Source of the DNA: Octopus sinensis
Taxonomy: Eukaryota
Reading direction: 5' to 3'
NCBI RefSeq assembly: GCF_006345805.1
Contig: NC_043007.1
Location: forward strand, 33,542,001-33,606,000
Length of the DNA stretch: 64,000 bases
Under the pieces are notes generated by a model that searched no databases, was not told the origin of the DNA, and saw only the letters and a program-made list of their open reading frames with translations. Positions 38,456 to 51,564 of this stretch are shown here, piece by piece. The position numbers and the translations under genes are program-made. Each line of letters starts with the position of its first letter. The stretch's first letter is position 1.

Positions 38456-39177
38456 GTTAGGGTTAGGGTTAGGGTAGCAAGCACCAGAAGTATCAAATTA
38501 ATGGAGCAACTTATGGAAGTCAAAGAAACATAGCTCAGCTACTTATGAAGAGAATTAACCGAGATAAGCATATGTTCTGGTTGGTGCCATAACCAGCCAT
38601 CACCCACACTCACTTAGTAGACAACTACAGGACTACAAAAGTTGTTTGCTAAGAGTGAACCATTATACCCATCATTCATTGACCTGGAGCAGGCCTTTCA
38701 CAGGTTATCATATTTTGTAGTTTGATGGTTGCTAAGAAAACTATGTGCGTATGAATGGTTTGTGAGGATCATGCAAGGCAAGTGCAGAAATGCTATCAGC
38801 AACATGAACGCTAGCAATGCGGAAGTAATTATGCATACATTCATGCATTCATATATGTAAATATAGTATATAGTTAGACATGTATCTATAAACATACACA
38901 TATACATATACATATACATATGTGTGTGTACATATATGCACACACACACACACACACACACCACACACCACAGAGAAACACACACATGCACATAGTGAGT
39001 TTGTTGACTGGCTTAGCTAATTTATTATCACTTCTGATAGATATGAACTTACCAAGACTTCACTCTCTTTGGCAACTATTATCATGTTTGTTGATTTCAT
39101 ATCAGCATGAGTTACCGAATCAAGCCAAAAAGTCACGTAAGTTTGAAATATTGACTCACTGACTGATTGAGTGACTA

Positions 39178-39264
<87 letters not shown>

Positions 39265-39460
39265 TTCAAACTTTTGCCATAAGGGCAGCTTGTGAGAGGT
39301 GGAGATGAGTCAATTACATTGACCCCAGTGTTCAACTGGTACTTATATTTTTGACCCTGACAGGATGAAAGGCAGAGTCGAGCTCAGTGGAATTTGAACT
39401 CAGAACATAGTGACAGACAAAATAAGCATTTCGCCCAGCATACTAACGATTCTGCCAGCT

Positions 39461-39495
<35 letters not shown>

Positions 39496-39899
39496 TGATA
39501 ATAATACTACTACTGCATTAATGTATATGTATTTGTATGTATATATGTGTGTATGTATGTAAGCATGTATGTATATATGCAACTATGTATGTATGTGCAT
39601 ATGTATGTATAGACATAGTATATAATATTTATTTTGTTGCTGTCAATTATAGACATGTACATGCAAACACACACATACACACATGTATATATGCCAATAT
39701 ATAACAAAAATAGTCATGTATGTGTATATGATTAAGTGTGTATGTATGTGCATGTTTGTGTATATGTGTATAGATGAGTGCAATAAAAAATTCCAAAAAA
39801 ACAAATCTGTTGCACTTTTCCAGTTCACCCAGTTCATCCAGTTTGCTATTGCACCAAAAACCTGTTCAACAACATGCTTCACCTCCACCTCATCACTAT

Positions 39900-40305
39900 C
39901 AGTTATCATCCATTTTCCATACTGGGATGGGTTGGATGGTTCAACAGGAGGTGACAAGTTGGAAGACTGCACCAAACTCTGCTGTCCGCTTTGGTATGGT
40001 TTCTGTGAATGGATGCCCTTTCCTAACACCAACTATTTTACAGAGTGTACTGGGTGCTTCGGTGACACGTAAAAAGCACCAACCAATTGTGGCCACTGCC
40101 AGCATCCCCTGGCACTTGTGCTGATGACATGTAAAAAGCACCCACTACATTCTCGGAGTGGTTGGCGTTAGGAAGTGCATCAAGCTGTAGAAACACTGCC
40201 AGTTCAGACTGGAGCCTGGTGCAGCCTCCTGGCTTCCCAGACCCTGGGTCGAACCGTCCAGCCCATGCTAGCACGGAAAACGGACGTTAAATGATGATGA
40301 TGATG
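39900..40305. mobile_element. Two RTE 3' ends in opposite orientation (older minus copy, younger plus copy)
   Basis: Minus copy 39900-40060; plus copy 40060-40305 ending cggacgttaaatgatgatg. Confidence 0.8.
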
Positions 40306-40439
40306 AGGAGGAGGAGGAGGATAGCAGCAATGAGGCCACCAAGTAAATTGCAAGATGAGACTCCTTGACTGAGGGGTGAGTAGTACTAAGGGACAGAAAT
40401 AGGCAAAAGGTAAACAGAAAAGTAAAAGTTACTTTCTTG

Positions 40440-40675
40440 AGTAATGCTGACTCATAAGGGCCAGTTTCCTGGTTTCAATGGTGTATTAATTCTCCACCTG
40501 GATGGGCCGCCAGTCCATCATAGGATTACTCATATTTGTTAGCTGAGTAGACTGGAGCAGTGCAAAGTGAAGTGTTTTGCTCAAGACCACAATGCATCAC
40601 TTAGTGCAGGAATAGAAACTATAATTTTACAATCATGAGTCCAACACCCTAACCATTAAGCCATGGTCCTCCACA
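40440..40675 (-). mobile_element. SINE family E
   Basis: Homologous to 54980-55208; head reverse complement 'ccctaaccattaagccatggtcctccac'. Confidence 0.75.
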
Positions 40676-40705
40676 CAGAAATAAGTACCTGGAAATTAGT
40701 GGGTA

Positions 40706-40930
40706 AGGTGGTGAGCTGGTAGAATCGTTAGCACGCTGGGCGAAATGCTTACCGGCATTTCATCTGTCTTTATGTTCTGAGTTCAAATTCTGCTGAGGTC
40801 GACTTTGCCTTTCATCCTTTTGGGGTCGATAAATTAAGTACCAGTTATGCACTTGGATTGATGTAATTGATTTAATGTCCTTGTTTGTCCCCTCTATGTT
40901 TAGCCCTTTGTGGGCAATAAAGAAATAAGA
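40706..40930 (+). mobile_element. SINE family B, full length
   Basis: ggtggtgagctggtagaatcgttagc...gagttcaaattc...gcctttcatccttttggggtcgataaattaagtaccag...gtgggcaataaagaaata. Confidence 0.9.
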
Positions 40931-42242
40931 AATAAGTGTCTGGTAGTAGAGGAGAAGCATGGCTACCTTAGGTGTATAGAATGTAGGGGGAGAGAAGGAA
41001 GGGGAGGAGATAAATAAGGATGTGTAAATATGATGGGGGTGTACACCCAACTGAGAGGAAGGTCTATAGAATGAAGTGGGCTCTGCATCTACTCTACATC
41101 AAGACACCTATTCCTGCCCCTCTATACTTTTACTCTCTCATCAACTGTCACCCTTCCTCAATAGGCACCCTTCCTCAATACTACTCTCCACTCCCAGCAG
41201 AGGAGTTTTTGTCATTTGTGACCCTATCAATGCTGGTGTCACATGAAAAGAACGAGGGCTGGTGGGTGCCACATAAAAAGATCTGCCATAAAAAATCACT
41301 GGTGCTGGTGCCACATAAAAAGCACGCAATACACTCTGTAAAGTGATTGGCATTAGGAAAGACATCCAACCATAGAAGCTGTACCAGAACAGACAATGGA
41401 GGTTGGTGTGCAGCTCCTGGCCTTACTAGGTTCTTTCCTGTTAAACTCTGCAACCCATGTCAGCATGGAAAACGGACGTTAAATGATGGTGATGATGATA
41501 TATGTATGTGTATGCAAATGTTCATACATATGTACAGCTCTATAGTAGCATGCAGATACACTTACAAACACGGACAAGCACAACATACACACACACATAC
41601 ACATATACACACACATACGGACACACATATTCAGAAATCAAAAACGTTGCTTTGACAATGTTAAAAATTATTTGCCAAATATGTAACTAATCTTAAAAAA
41701 ACAAGCTGTTGTTTGAATTTACTGATGATATCAAAGATTATGTTCTACCACCCTTGAGAATGTGTCCGATATCTTCACATCCAGGCTAATTTATTCTTAA
41801 AATTTGAAGAAATCTTATAAAGTTGTTTCAACTACGATTTCCATTCATTTATTATTGTTTGTATACTTTTTGTTAGTTTTTAGTTTATATTTTTGTATTC
41901 TGTATTTTGTACTATTTAGATATAATTTCAGTTTGACTGACAGCTGATGTTTGTGGAATTTCATGTGAAAATCATACACAAATGAAACTGAGGAAATATT
42001 TCATGTATGTAAGACCTGCTAAGATGGGAGCACTTATAAAACTGTTACATGTTCATGCATATATGCATTTACATACATATATACATACATAAAAACAGAG
42101 GCACAGGCGTGGATAAGCTTGTTTCCCCACCACATGGTTCTGGGTTCAGTCCTGCTATATGGTATCTTGGGCATATATATATATGTATATATATATATGT
42201 ATATATATATATGTATATATATATGTAATATATATATATATG

Positions 42243-42395
42243 CTAGCAAAAACTGTCCGATGAACGGCAACGGGAAACTCAGAGTAACAGGTTTTGTTGA
42301 ATTTTCTGCTGCTTTAAATAAAGCATATTACTCTACCACTGGTATTTGAGTACTCTTTTTTCCACCTTGTTTCACATTTATATGTTTACTCCGGT
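42243..42395 (+). mobile_element. H2-family hammerhead cassette; motif at 42253-42290
   Basis: CUGU-CCGAUGA-ACG-GCAA-CGG-GAAA-CUCAGAG-UA-ACAG; flanked by (TA)n on both sides; homologous to 48535-48726 and 57968-58115. Confidence 0.75.
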
Positions 42396-42847
42396 ATATA
42401 TATATATATATAGATAGATTATTTTATCTTATTTATTAGGGAATAAATATTTTGGCATCACAGGGATTCAAATAACATGAATTATCCTCAATAAGGAAAT
42501 ATATGTTATTTAGAGATAGCAGTCCCATGCAAAATATACATTACAACATATAAAAGTGGTTGGTGTTAGTAAGGACATCCAGCTGTAGAAACTTTGCCTA
42601 ATCAGATTGGAGCCTGGTGCAGCCATCTGGCTCACCAATCCTCAGTCAAACCGTCCAACCCATGCCAGCATGGAAAGTGGACGTTAAACGGTGATGATGA
42701 TGATGATATATATATTTATATATAATTTGTTTTGAACTATAGAACTTGAAGCAGATAATGTTATGAATAATAATCAGTAAATAATTTTAGGTTAAAAACT
42801 TTTTGGACAGGAATATCAAAGATTGCACAATATATGCTTATCGTAAT

Positions 42848-42915
42848 AGCTCTGAAGAAGCACTATTACTCAACACTGAGCAGACTGCTTCTTATAGCAA
42901 AAACAGCTGTAAGCT
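42848..42915 (+). ncRNA. Degenerate hammerhead motif (ACAGCUGU stem III family)
   Basis: AGCU-CUGAAGA-[41 nt]-AAAA-CAGCUG-UA-AGCU; G12 replaced by A. Confidence 0.55.
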
Positions 42916-43436
42916 GATGAAGGTGTTTATAATTAATCCTGTTTTTTTGCCATTCGTTAATTGATGTTATATTCTATACTCTCTTTCGTGGAAGGGTAAT
43001 TTCATTGATTTATAACAACTGGCTAATAATATCACTATACCTAAGTGAAATCATAAAAAAATATACATGCATAATAGGTGTATGTTCACACACAGATGTA
43101 TAATAGTGGCACATAGATATAGAAACACACACAAATGCACTAAGATGTATGGACTTGGAAAAGACACATGCACACCCATATACACACACATATATATTCT
43201 TTTATTCTTTGACTGGATTCAGTTATTGGACTGCTGTAATGCTTAAGTGGCCTCATCAAAGGTTTTAGTTGATCATATCGACACCAATACTTATTTTCAG
43301 TCTGGCATTTATCTTATTGATTTCCATGTATTGAAAAAATGAATATAGTGTGCTCTTTGACTGAATCATTGGTTTTGTACCAGAGCACATAAGGAGCAGA
43401 CATGCATACATGCACTTAAGTATGCGTGTACATATG

Positions 43437-43477
<41 letters not shown>

Positions 43478-43514
43478 ATGTATGTATATATGTATGTATA
43501 TGTATATATATGCC

Positions 43515-44412
43515 GGTACTCACACTCGGCAGAGTGTAAGTACCTTGAGAGAAAAGCTGGACCTAAGAAGCATCAGTTGTGGTGTGCAAGAGAGACGTTT
43601 GCGCTGGTATGGTCATGTGGCGAGAATGGATGAAGATAGTTGTGTGAAAAAGTGCCACACCCTAGCGGTTGAGGGAACCTGTGGAAGAGGTAGACCAGGA
43701 AAACCTGGGACGAGGTGGTGAAGCACGACCTTCGAACTTTAGGTCTCACTGAGGAAATGACTAGAGACCGAGACCTCTGGAAGTGTGCTGTGTGCGCGAG
43801 AAGACCCGGCAGGACAGTGAGTCCACAACCCGTGGCCTTCTACATGGGATGGAGCCAGCCTACGTATGCATACCTTCCCTTCTTGGGACACAAAGCTCTA
43901 CTTGTGAAGACGTGTTGAGGCAAGTGAGGATCAGAATCGAAATCGATCAATGGAAATTGCGGATTGTGCTACCAGTGCCGGTGGCATGTCGAAACTCTGC
44001 TTGTGAAGACCCATTGAGCAAGTGAGGATCAAATCGAAATCGATCAATGGAAATTGCAGATGTGTTACCAGTGCTGGTGGCATGTAAGAGAACTTTCCGT
44101 TTCGCGACCGTTGCCAGCACCGCCCCTTTCGTGTCCTTGCCAGCCTCGCCTGGCCCTCGTGCGGTGGCACATAAAAAGCACCATCCGTTCGTGGCCGTTT
44201 GCCAGCTCTGTCTGGCACCAGTGCGGGTGGCACGTAAAAGAACCCCCTACACTCACGGAGTGGTTGGCGTTAGGAAGGGCATCCAGCCGTAGAAACACTG
44301 CCAGATTTGACTGGGCCTGATGAAGCCTTCTGGCTTCACAGACCCCAGTAGAACCGTCCAACCCATGCTAGCATGGAAACGGACGCTAAATGATGATGAT
44401 GATGATGATGAT
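43515..44412 (+). mobile_element. 5'-truncated RTE LINE: ORF C-terminus, full 3' UTR and (GAT)n tail
   Basis: RQSVSTLREKLDLRSISCGVQERRLRWYGHVARMDEDSCVKKCHTLAVEGTCGRGRP / frameshift / KTWDEVVKHDLRTLGLTEEMTRDRDLWKCAV, the RTE RL.W.GHV.RM...GRGRP.K.W...DR..W signature. Confidence 0.9.
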
Positions 44413-44472
44413 GTATATATATATGTGTATATATGTATATGCATATATATATATGCATGTGTGTGTGTATAA

Positions 44473-44504
<32 letters not shown>

Positions 44505-44570
44505 GAATAGGGAGTGGAGAAATAGATAGATAGACAGAAAATGGATTGAATGACATTCTTTATTTAAAAC

Positions 44571-44685
44571 CACTACAATTGTTTCGAGCACAGTAGTAAT
44601 TCAAAGTTTGAAAAAGAGAGAATGAAGAACGAGAAGATCTTTGGCTCAAGAATCATACAAGGGCCTCTCCTTGCATCATCAGTGA
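44571..44685 (-). ncRNA. Hammerhead motif with long stem II
   Basis: Minus strand CA-CUGAUGA-UGC...GCUC-GAAA-CAAUUG-UA-GUG; same ACAAUUGU palindrome as 33685-33785. Confidence 0.55.
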
Positions 44686-44818
44686 CTCATTTCAATGATT
44701 CTTTCCACAACGGCTTTGCTCGTATACAAGAAAACAGCTCGTATACAAGAGAATATAACCACATGTGAATCATTGGTAATTTTCTTCCTCCAACTTCCTT
44801 TCTATTGGACTACCCTCA

Positions 44819-44853
44819 GTTTCTGAAGAAGAGCATTCCTCGAAACGTTAAAC
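44819..44853 (+). ncRNA. Minimal hammerhead motif with intact core (family H1b)
   Basis: GUUU-CUGAAGA-A-GAG-CAUUC-CUC-GAAA-C-GUU-AAAC. Confidence 0.75.
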
Positions 44854-44948
44854 CATCTTTCTTTCCTTCCCTGCATGTCAGCTAATACTTTACATGTACC
44901 ACGTCTTCACGTTGTTGTTTTTTGTGTTTGTTGTTGTTCTTTTTTGGG

Positions 44949-45024
<76 letters not shown>

Positions 45025-45092
45025 TTTACATGTACAAATATATATATATGTATGTACATTTACATGTACAAATATATATATATATATAATAT

Positions 45093-45236
45093 ATATGCGG
45101 GCAGTGGCATCGAACTCCCTTGTTGATCAAGTGCCACGTATCAGAGGTGGTTTCACATACTAGTGTAGCTCATTCAACGGTGGTGCCCCAGTATGGCCGC
45201 AGCTTTCAGGCTGAAACATTTTTAAGGATTTAAGGA

Positions 45237-45275
<39 letters not shown>

Positions 45276-45417
45276 CCGTCACTAGTGGTTTGGCAAAACA
45301 GACCGATAGAATAAGTATGGGCTTACAAAGAATAAGTCCGGGGTCGATTTGCTCGACTAAAGGCGCTGCTCCAGCATGGCTGCAGTCAAATGACTGAAAC
45401 AAGAAAAGAGTAAAGAG

Positions 45418-45448
<31 letters not shown>

Positions 45449-46148
45449 GTATACACACACACACACACACACACACTCAACACGTATACCAAACCCATAA
45501 TGATAATTTGTCGACATCACCATATCATTCAAATTCATTCTTAGATAACAAGCACAGAATACAATCTTTATTATTTCATAAGCAATGATGTATATTCTGT
45601 TGTGTATATTATTAGTGAAAGGTCTGTCTATTGATGAACGTGAATATCTGTCAGCTCAAAGATGGAATTCTACAGAGTGTTTGCTCGTAAATAAGGCAAA
45701 AGGAAAACTTTGAAATTATTAGATCTGACTGTATTGAACTATCAGTCAAAATGTCAGCACTCTAGTTAATAAGGTCAAGTTTTCTGTTAACTTTACTACT
45801 AGCCTTAAACTAACTTCTCAGTCAGTCAATCTGTACCTGAAGATTTATGTATTTATAGTTCTACTTTCATTTATGCATGTGTGTATATGTGTGTGTGTGT
45901 GTGTATGTGTGTGTGTGTGTGCGCACATGTATATATATTAATATATATATGTATACATATGTGTGTGTGTGTGTATATATGCCTGAGTATATATATATAT
46001 ACCTTCTAATATACATATATATATATAATATATATGCGGGCAGTGCCACGTATCAGAGGTGGTTTCACATACTAGTGTAGCTCATTCAACGGTGGTGCCC
46101 CAGCATGGCCGCAGCTTTCAGGCTGAAACATTTTTAAGGATTTAAGGA

Positions 46149-46185
<37 letters not shown>

Positions 46186-46331
46186 CCGTCACTTAGTGGT
46201 TTGGCAAAACAGACCGATAGAATAAGTACTGGGCTTACAAAGAATAAGTCCCGGGGTCGATTTGCTCGACTAAAGGCGCTGCTCCAGCATGGCTGCAGTC
46301 AAATGACTGAAACAAGTAAAAGAGTAAAGAG

Positions 46332-46364
<33 letters not shown>

Positions 46365-46935
46365 GTATACACACACACACACACACACACACTCAACACG
46401 TATACCAAACCCATAATGATAATTTGTCGACATCACCATATCATTCAAATTCATTCTTAGATAACAAGCACAGAATACAATCTTTATTATTTCATAAGCA
46501 ATGATGTATATTCTGTTGTGTATATTATTAGTGAAAGGTCTGTCTATTGATGAACGTGAATATCTGTCAGCTCAAAGATGGAATTCTACAGAGTGTTTGC
46601 TCGTAAATAAGGCAAAAGGAAAACTTTGAAATTATTAGATCTGACTGTATTGAACTATCAGTCAAAATGTCAGCACTCTAGTTAATAAGGTCAAGTTTTC
46701 TGTTAACTTTACTACTAGCCTTAAACTAACTTCTCAGTCAGTCAATCTGTACCTGAAGATTTATGTATTTATAGTTCTACTTTCATTTATGCATGTGTGT
46801 ATATGTGTGTGTGTGTGTGTAGTGTGGTGTGTGCGCACATGTATATATATTAATATATATATGTATACATATGTGTGTGTGTGTGTATATATGCCTGAGT
46901 ATATATATATATACCTTCTAATATACATATAATAT
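45093..46935. repeat. Tandem duplication, 2 x ~915-940 bp
   Basis: 'atatatgcgggcagtg' at ~45093 and ~46032; downstream sequence colinear at an offset of ~912-920. Confidence 0.95.
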
Positions 46936-47033
46936 ATATATATATGTATATGTATATATATATGTATAATATATAATATATATATATATATATATATGTA
47001 TATGTATATATATATATATGTATGTATGTACAT

Positions 47034-47328
47034 ATCATGTGACCACGTGATCACGTGACCGACCAGACCATCAGATGTTGTTACACATCGCTGGTCACAG
47101 TGCGTTCGCATTGTTTTAGCATTCGAATGACGCCACCCCGCTGGCTAAGCGAGCAGGCCAACAGAAGAAAGATTGGGAGAAAGAGTGGTGAAAGAGTACA
47201 GCAGGGATCACCACCCCCTGCCGGTGTTTTCGCTCAATAAACACTCACAACGCCTGGTCTGGGAATCGAAACCGCGATCCTGCGACCGCGAGTCCGCTGC
47301 CCTAACCACTAGGCCATTGCGCCTCCAC
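47034..47328 (-). mobile_element. SINE family C
   Basis: Reverse complement of 32643-32954 with a small internal deletion. Confidence 0.9.
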
Positions 47329-47603
47329 ATATATGTACATATATGCTTATGTATATATATATAAAGAGAGAGAGAGAGTGGATAAGAAATGGAAAAGATA
47401 TTTTCTCTATATATTAAACCACAGTTTTACCTTTAAATACATACTACCATATACCTTATAACTAGGACTATACATAGTAAGATAATACACCAGGAGTGCC
47501 TACGGATATATCTATCCCTTAGATGGTTGCATAACCTCTAACTTATATCTTGTATTATATATATATATATATATATGACTAAATAAATAAATATTTAAAT
47601 ACA

Positions 47604-48121
47604 TGAATGAGTCGAAGTAATGTGAAGACACTGTTGACTGTTTTTTTTCTTTTTCCCTACAAGTGGATTGTTTATCATGAGTATGCTCTACCTCGTCAGG
47701 CAGTAAACAAGGAGTCCTACCATGACAATTTGCAGCATTTGTGGGATGCTATACGTTGGAAAAGGCCACAATTGTATCCATCTGGTGAGTGGAAATTGCA
47801 CCATGAAAACACCACCTTCTCATTCAGCCCAGCTGGTGCAGGAGATTTTGGCTTGGCACAGCATTTCCCAGGTCCAACAGCCACTGTATCTCCCAGGTCT
47901 CACTTGAAAGGAAGAAGATTTCAGGATGTCGAGGAAATCAAAGCGGATTTGACAAGGAAGCTGCAGATTATCCCAGATGAGTTCCAGGAGTGCTTCCATC
48001 AATTGAATTAAGTGTGTGGCTTCTGAAGGGAACTACTTTGAAGGAGATTAAATGCCAAATTGGTATGTGTTGTAGTTTTGTTTTTATAGCACCAGTCTGA
48101 ATACTTATTGATCAGACCTCA
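47604..48121 (+). pseudogene. mariner-type transposase 3' fragment with right TIR
   Basis: MSRSNVKTLLTVFF...IVYHEY...VNKESY...DAIRWKRPQL..SGEWKLHHEN..SHSAQLVQEIL...QPLYLPGL...LKGRRFQDVEEIK...EFQECFHQ...CVASEGNYFEGD*; ends 'atacttattgatcagacctca' + TA. Confidence 0.85.
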
Positions 48122-48534
48122 TATATATGTGTGTGCATATATGTGTATATATATGTGTGTGCATATATGTGTGTATGTATGTGTGTGAGTTTGTGTGTAT
48201 AGAGAGAGGAGAGAGAGAGAGGTAGTGATGCAGATAAACATGATTAGGTTTGATATATATATATAAATATACATACAATTCATAAATGAGGGCAAAGGAA
48301 TAAAATTCTAATGCCAAATATGGCGAAAAATTGGACACATTGTCCATTAACCATATAATTTTTTCACAATATTCACGCTACTCGAAAAAAGGTCGACAGA
48401 AATTTCTAAAATTCCATTATTACCATATCGGACCGATTTCAGAGTTAGCTTCTAAGAGCCCTCTCTTCGTCAATCCTCACATTTCATATAAATATACATA
48501 CATATATACATATAGATATATATATAGGAATATA

Positions 48535-48726
48535 GGTGGAAAAAAGAGTACTCAAATACCAGTGGTAGAGTAATATGCTTTATTTAAAGCAGCAGAAAAT
48601 TCAACAAAATCTGTTACTCTGAGTTTCTCGTTGCCGTTCATCAGACAGTTTTTTCTAGCAAAAACTGTCTGATGAACGGCAACGAGAAACTCAGAGTAAC
48701 AGATTTTGTTGAATTTTCTGCTGCTT
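48535..48726. mobile_element. H2 cassette with internal palindrome holding two inverted hammerheads, flanked by a 14-bp TSD
   Basis: Arms 48585-48654 / 48659-48728 around CTAG; motif CUGU-CUGAUGA-ACG-GCAA-CGA-GAAA-CUCAGAG-UA-ACAG at 48665-48702 (+) and 48611-48648 (-); tatataggaatata at 48521-48534 and 48727-48740. Confidence 0.85.
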
Positions 48727-49405
48727 TATATAGGAATATATATAGACAAAAAGCCTAAATATACTTAAAAGATAAACATGTGTAGAAGCACACAGATATT
48801 TATAAATACTGACAAATACATACGTGGAGTATAAAACATACAGAAGACTAAGGGGAGAATTTTACAATTTGAAGTTGTTTCTGGGAGCCCAGAATTATGT
48901 AAAAGCTCATGATTAGCAGTTGGAATATGCAAAAAGTCATAGGTACACAACCGCAGATATGAATAGAGACACCACTATAATATCATTTTCCCTTCCTGAT
49001 GAAAAACGCATATATAAATATAGGCTGGAACATGGTTGTATGATTAGAAGTTTGCTTCTTAACCACATGGTTTTAGTGTGGGACTCCTGGCAAATGCCTT
49101 CTACTATACCCACATGCTGACCAAAGCCTTGTGATTTGGTAGACAGAAACTGCATAAGTCCATCACATGTGCACATGTGTGTGAGTGTGTATAAATATAT
49201 ATATTAGAGAATATTATTCCAAACTTACAGGGAAAAATTCAGTTTAGAAGTACTAAATCAAATTTCACAAAATATAATATATATAAAATTTTATATTGTA
49301 CTGACTACTTTATATTCATTTTTGAATGTCGCTGGGGCACTCAGATGAACAAAGGCACACAGTGTAATGGAATGGATATTTTGAAGAATAGATGAATACA
49401 GTAAG

Positions 49406-49463
49406 CTTGACTGATGATCCTTAAGTTCTAACGTACGAAAGGGGAAATCAATTGAATAGCAAG
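49406..49463 (+). ncRNA. Hammerhead motif
   Basis: CUUGA-CUGAUGA-UCCUU-[loop]-AAGGG-GAAA-UCAAUUGA-A-UA-GCAAG; palindromic stem III. Confidence 0.6.
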
Positions 49464-49626
49464 ATATCTCTTCTTGCTTTGTACTTTATATAAGGTAAGG
49501 ACTATTTTTATCATACTCATTATATTCACCAAGTATGTTTCTTAATAGTCAGATATTTGTGGATTTGGAGTGTTAACTCCTATTTCTAACAAGTGATATT
49601 CCAGTACCCTACTTTATATAAATATA

Positions 49627-50032
49627 TACTCTTTTACTCTTTTACTTGTTTCAGTCATTTGACTGCGGCCATGCTGGAGCACCGCCTTTAGTCAAGCAAA
49701 TCGACCCCATAACTTATTCTTTGTAAGCCTAGTACTTATTCTATTGGTCTCTTTTGCAGAACCGCTAAGTTATGGGGACGTAAACACACCAGCATCGGTT
49801 GTCAAGCGATGTTGGGGGGGGGGACAAACACAGACACACAAACACACATATATATACATATACATATATACAATGGCCTTCTTTCAGTTTCTGTCTACCA
49901 AATCCACTCACAAAGCTTTGGTCGGTCCGAGGCTATAGTAGAAGACACTTGCCCAAGGTGCCACGCAGGGGGACTGAACCCAGAACCATGTGGTTGGTAA
50001 GCAAGCTACTTACCACACAGCAACTCCTACAT
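49627..50032 (-). mobile_element. SINE family A, full length
   Basis: Reverse complement of 31028-31442. Confidence 0.9.
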
Positions 50033-50450
50033 CTATACATATATATATTTACATTAATATACATTAATACATATCAGTATGTACGTATGTATGTTAGTTA
50101 GGTATGTTGGTATGTAGGTAGGTAAGGTGATAGGTACGGCCTTTCTAGAGTTATGGTTAAGCATATTGCTTTTATTGTCCAAACCTTTCTGTGAGTTGGT
50201 CTCACTGGATACCAAACTTGCTAGTTACTTTTAGATTTTAAATACTTAGAGAATGTTTTACCTACTAATTGCTTGGATAACCTTAGTTGATTGAAAAATT
50301 TTTCAACTTGTTACATTATTACATTTCGTGAGAATAATACCTTATTCATAAAAGTAATTTTAGCACACCAGCTAATTGGTTTCTCTCTTACAACATATCT
50401 CATTTTTCTTTGGCTTTTTTAAAATTTCAATTTTTAAGAAACAGTAAACC

Positions 50451-50453
<3 letters not shown>

Positions 50454-50493
<40 letters not shown>

Positions 50494-50617
50494 ACACTCA
50501 CACGCACACACAAACACACTCACACACACACACACACACACACAACACAAACACACACACACACTCACACACACGCACACACACACACACTCACACACAC
50601 GCACACACACACACACA
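50454..50617. repeat. (CA)n microsatellite
   Basis: Visible repeat. Confidence 0.95.
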
Positions 50618-51019
50618 GAATCACTTCCACACAAAGCCTTTATATACTTCTACACTTTTGCCAAATTTAGAAGAATTAACTCAAAGTTTTGTTTTGGGAT
50701 TTGCTGAAAATGCTCTTTCTTAGTTCTCATGTGAATCATACTCATTTTAAAAATTGTTTAATTATATACTCTGTTTGGAGCAGTGCACTTTTAAAGTTTG
50801 TTATTTGTGATTATTTCTAGCTGAAAATTGGGAGTTAGGAAAAAAAATAATTACTGAAAGATTTTTGGCAAGGAAGGAAATTGTTTTCCTAACTTCATTG
50901 AACGAAGAATTTTGAGTTCAATCCAGAATGGAAAGATTGCTTCTATAACAATGTAGAGCAAGTAATTTTGATTTTATTTATTTATGTATTTATTTATTTG
51001 TTTGTTTCTCTGTTGGCAA

Positions 51020-51540
51020 TGAAATGGCTGTGTGGTTAAGAAACTCACTTTGCAACCATATAGCTTTGGGTTCAATTCTACTGCGTGGCATCTTGGGTAT
51101 GTGCCTTCTACTATAATATTGAGCCAACAAATGCCTTGTGAGAGAATGTGGAAGCCATCATATATATATATATATATATGACACAGGTGTGGTTGTGTGG
51201 TAAGAAGCTTGCTTCACAACCACATGGTTCCGGGTTCAGTCCCACTGCATGACATTTTGGGCAAGTGTCTACTATTATAGCCTCAGGCCAACCAAAGCTT
51301 GTGAGTGGATTTGATAGAGAGAAACTGAAAGAAAAGCATCATGTGTGTGTGTGTGTGTGTGTTTGTCTCCCCCACCATCACTGCTTGACAACCAGTATTG
51401 GTGCGTTTATGACCCCATAAGCTGGCGGTTTGACAAAAGAGACCAATAGAATAAGTACTAGGCCTAAAAAAAAAGTATTGGAGTTGATTTGTTCTACTAA
51501 AACCCTTCAAATGACTGAAACAAATAAAAGAATATTTACA
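51020..51540 (+). mobile_element. Two tandem SINE A heads plus one tail
   Basis: 'tggctgtgtggttaagaa' at ~51025 and 'tggttgtgtggtaagaag' at ~51190. Confidence 0.75.
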
Positions 51541-51564
51541 TATAAACAAGGATGGGCCATATAT

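Noticed and set aside
48425-48480. Minus-strand ttgacga-agag...ctct-gaaa-tcg-gtc as a hammerhead
   Set aside because: C3 mutated and stem I does not pair; possible relic, not counted.
50185-50228. ctgtgagttggt...accaaacttgctagt as a hammerhead relic
   Set aside because: Both core segments are incomplete.
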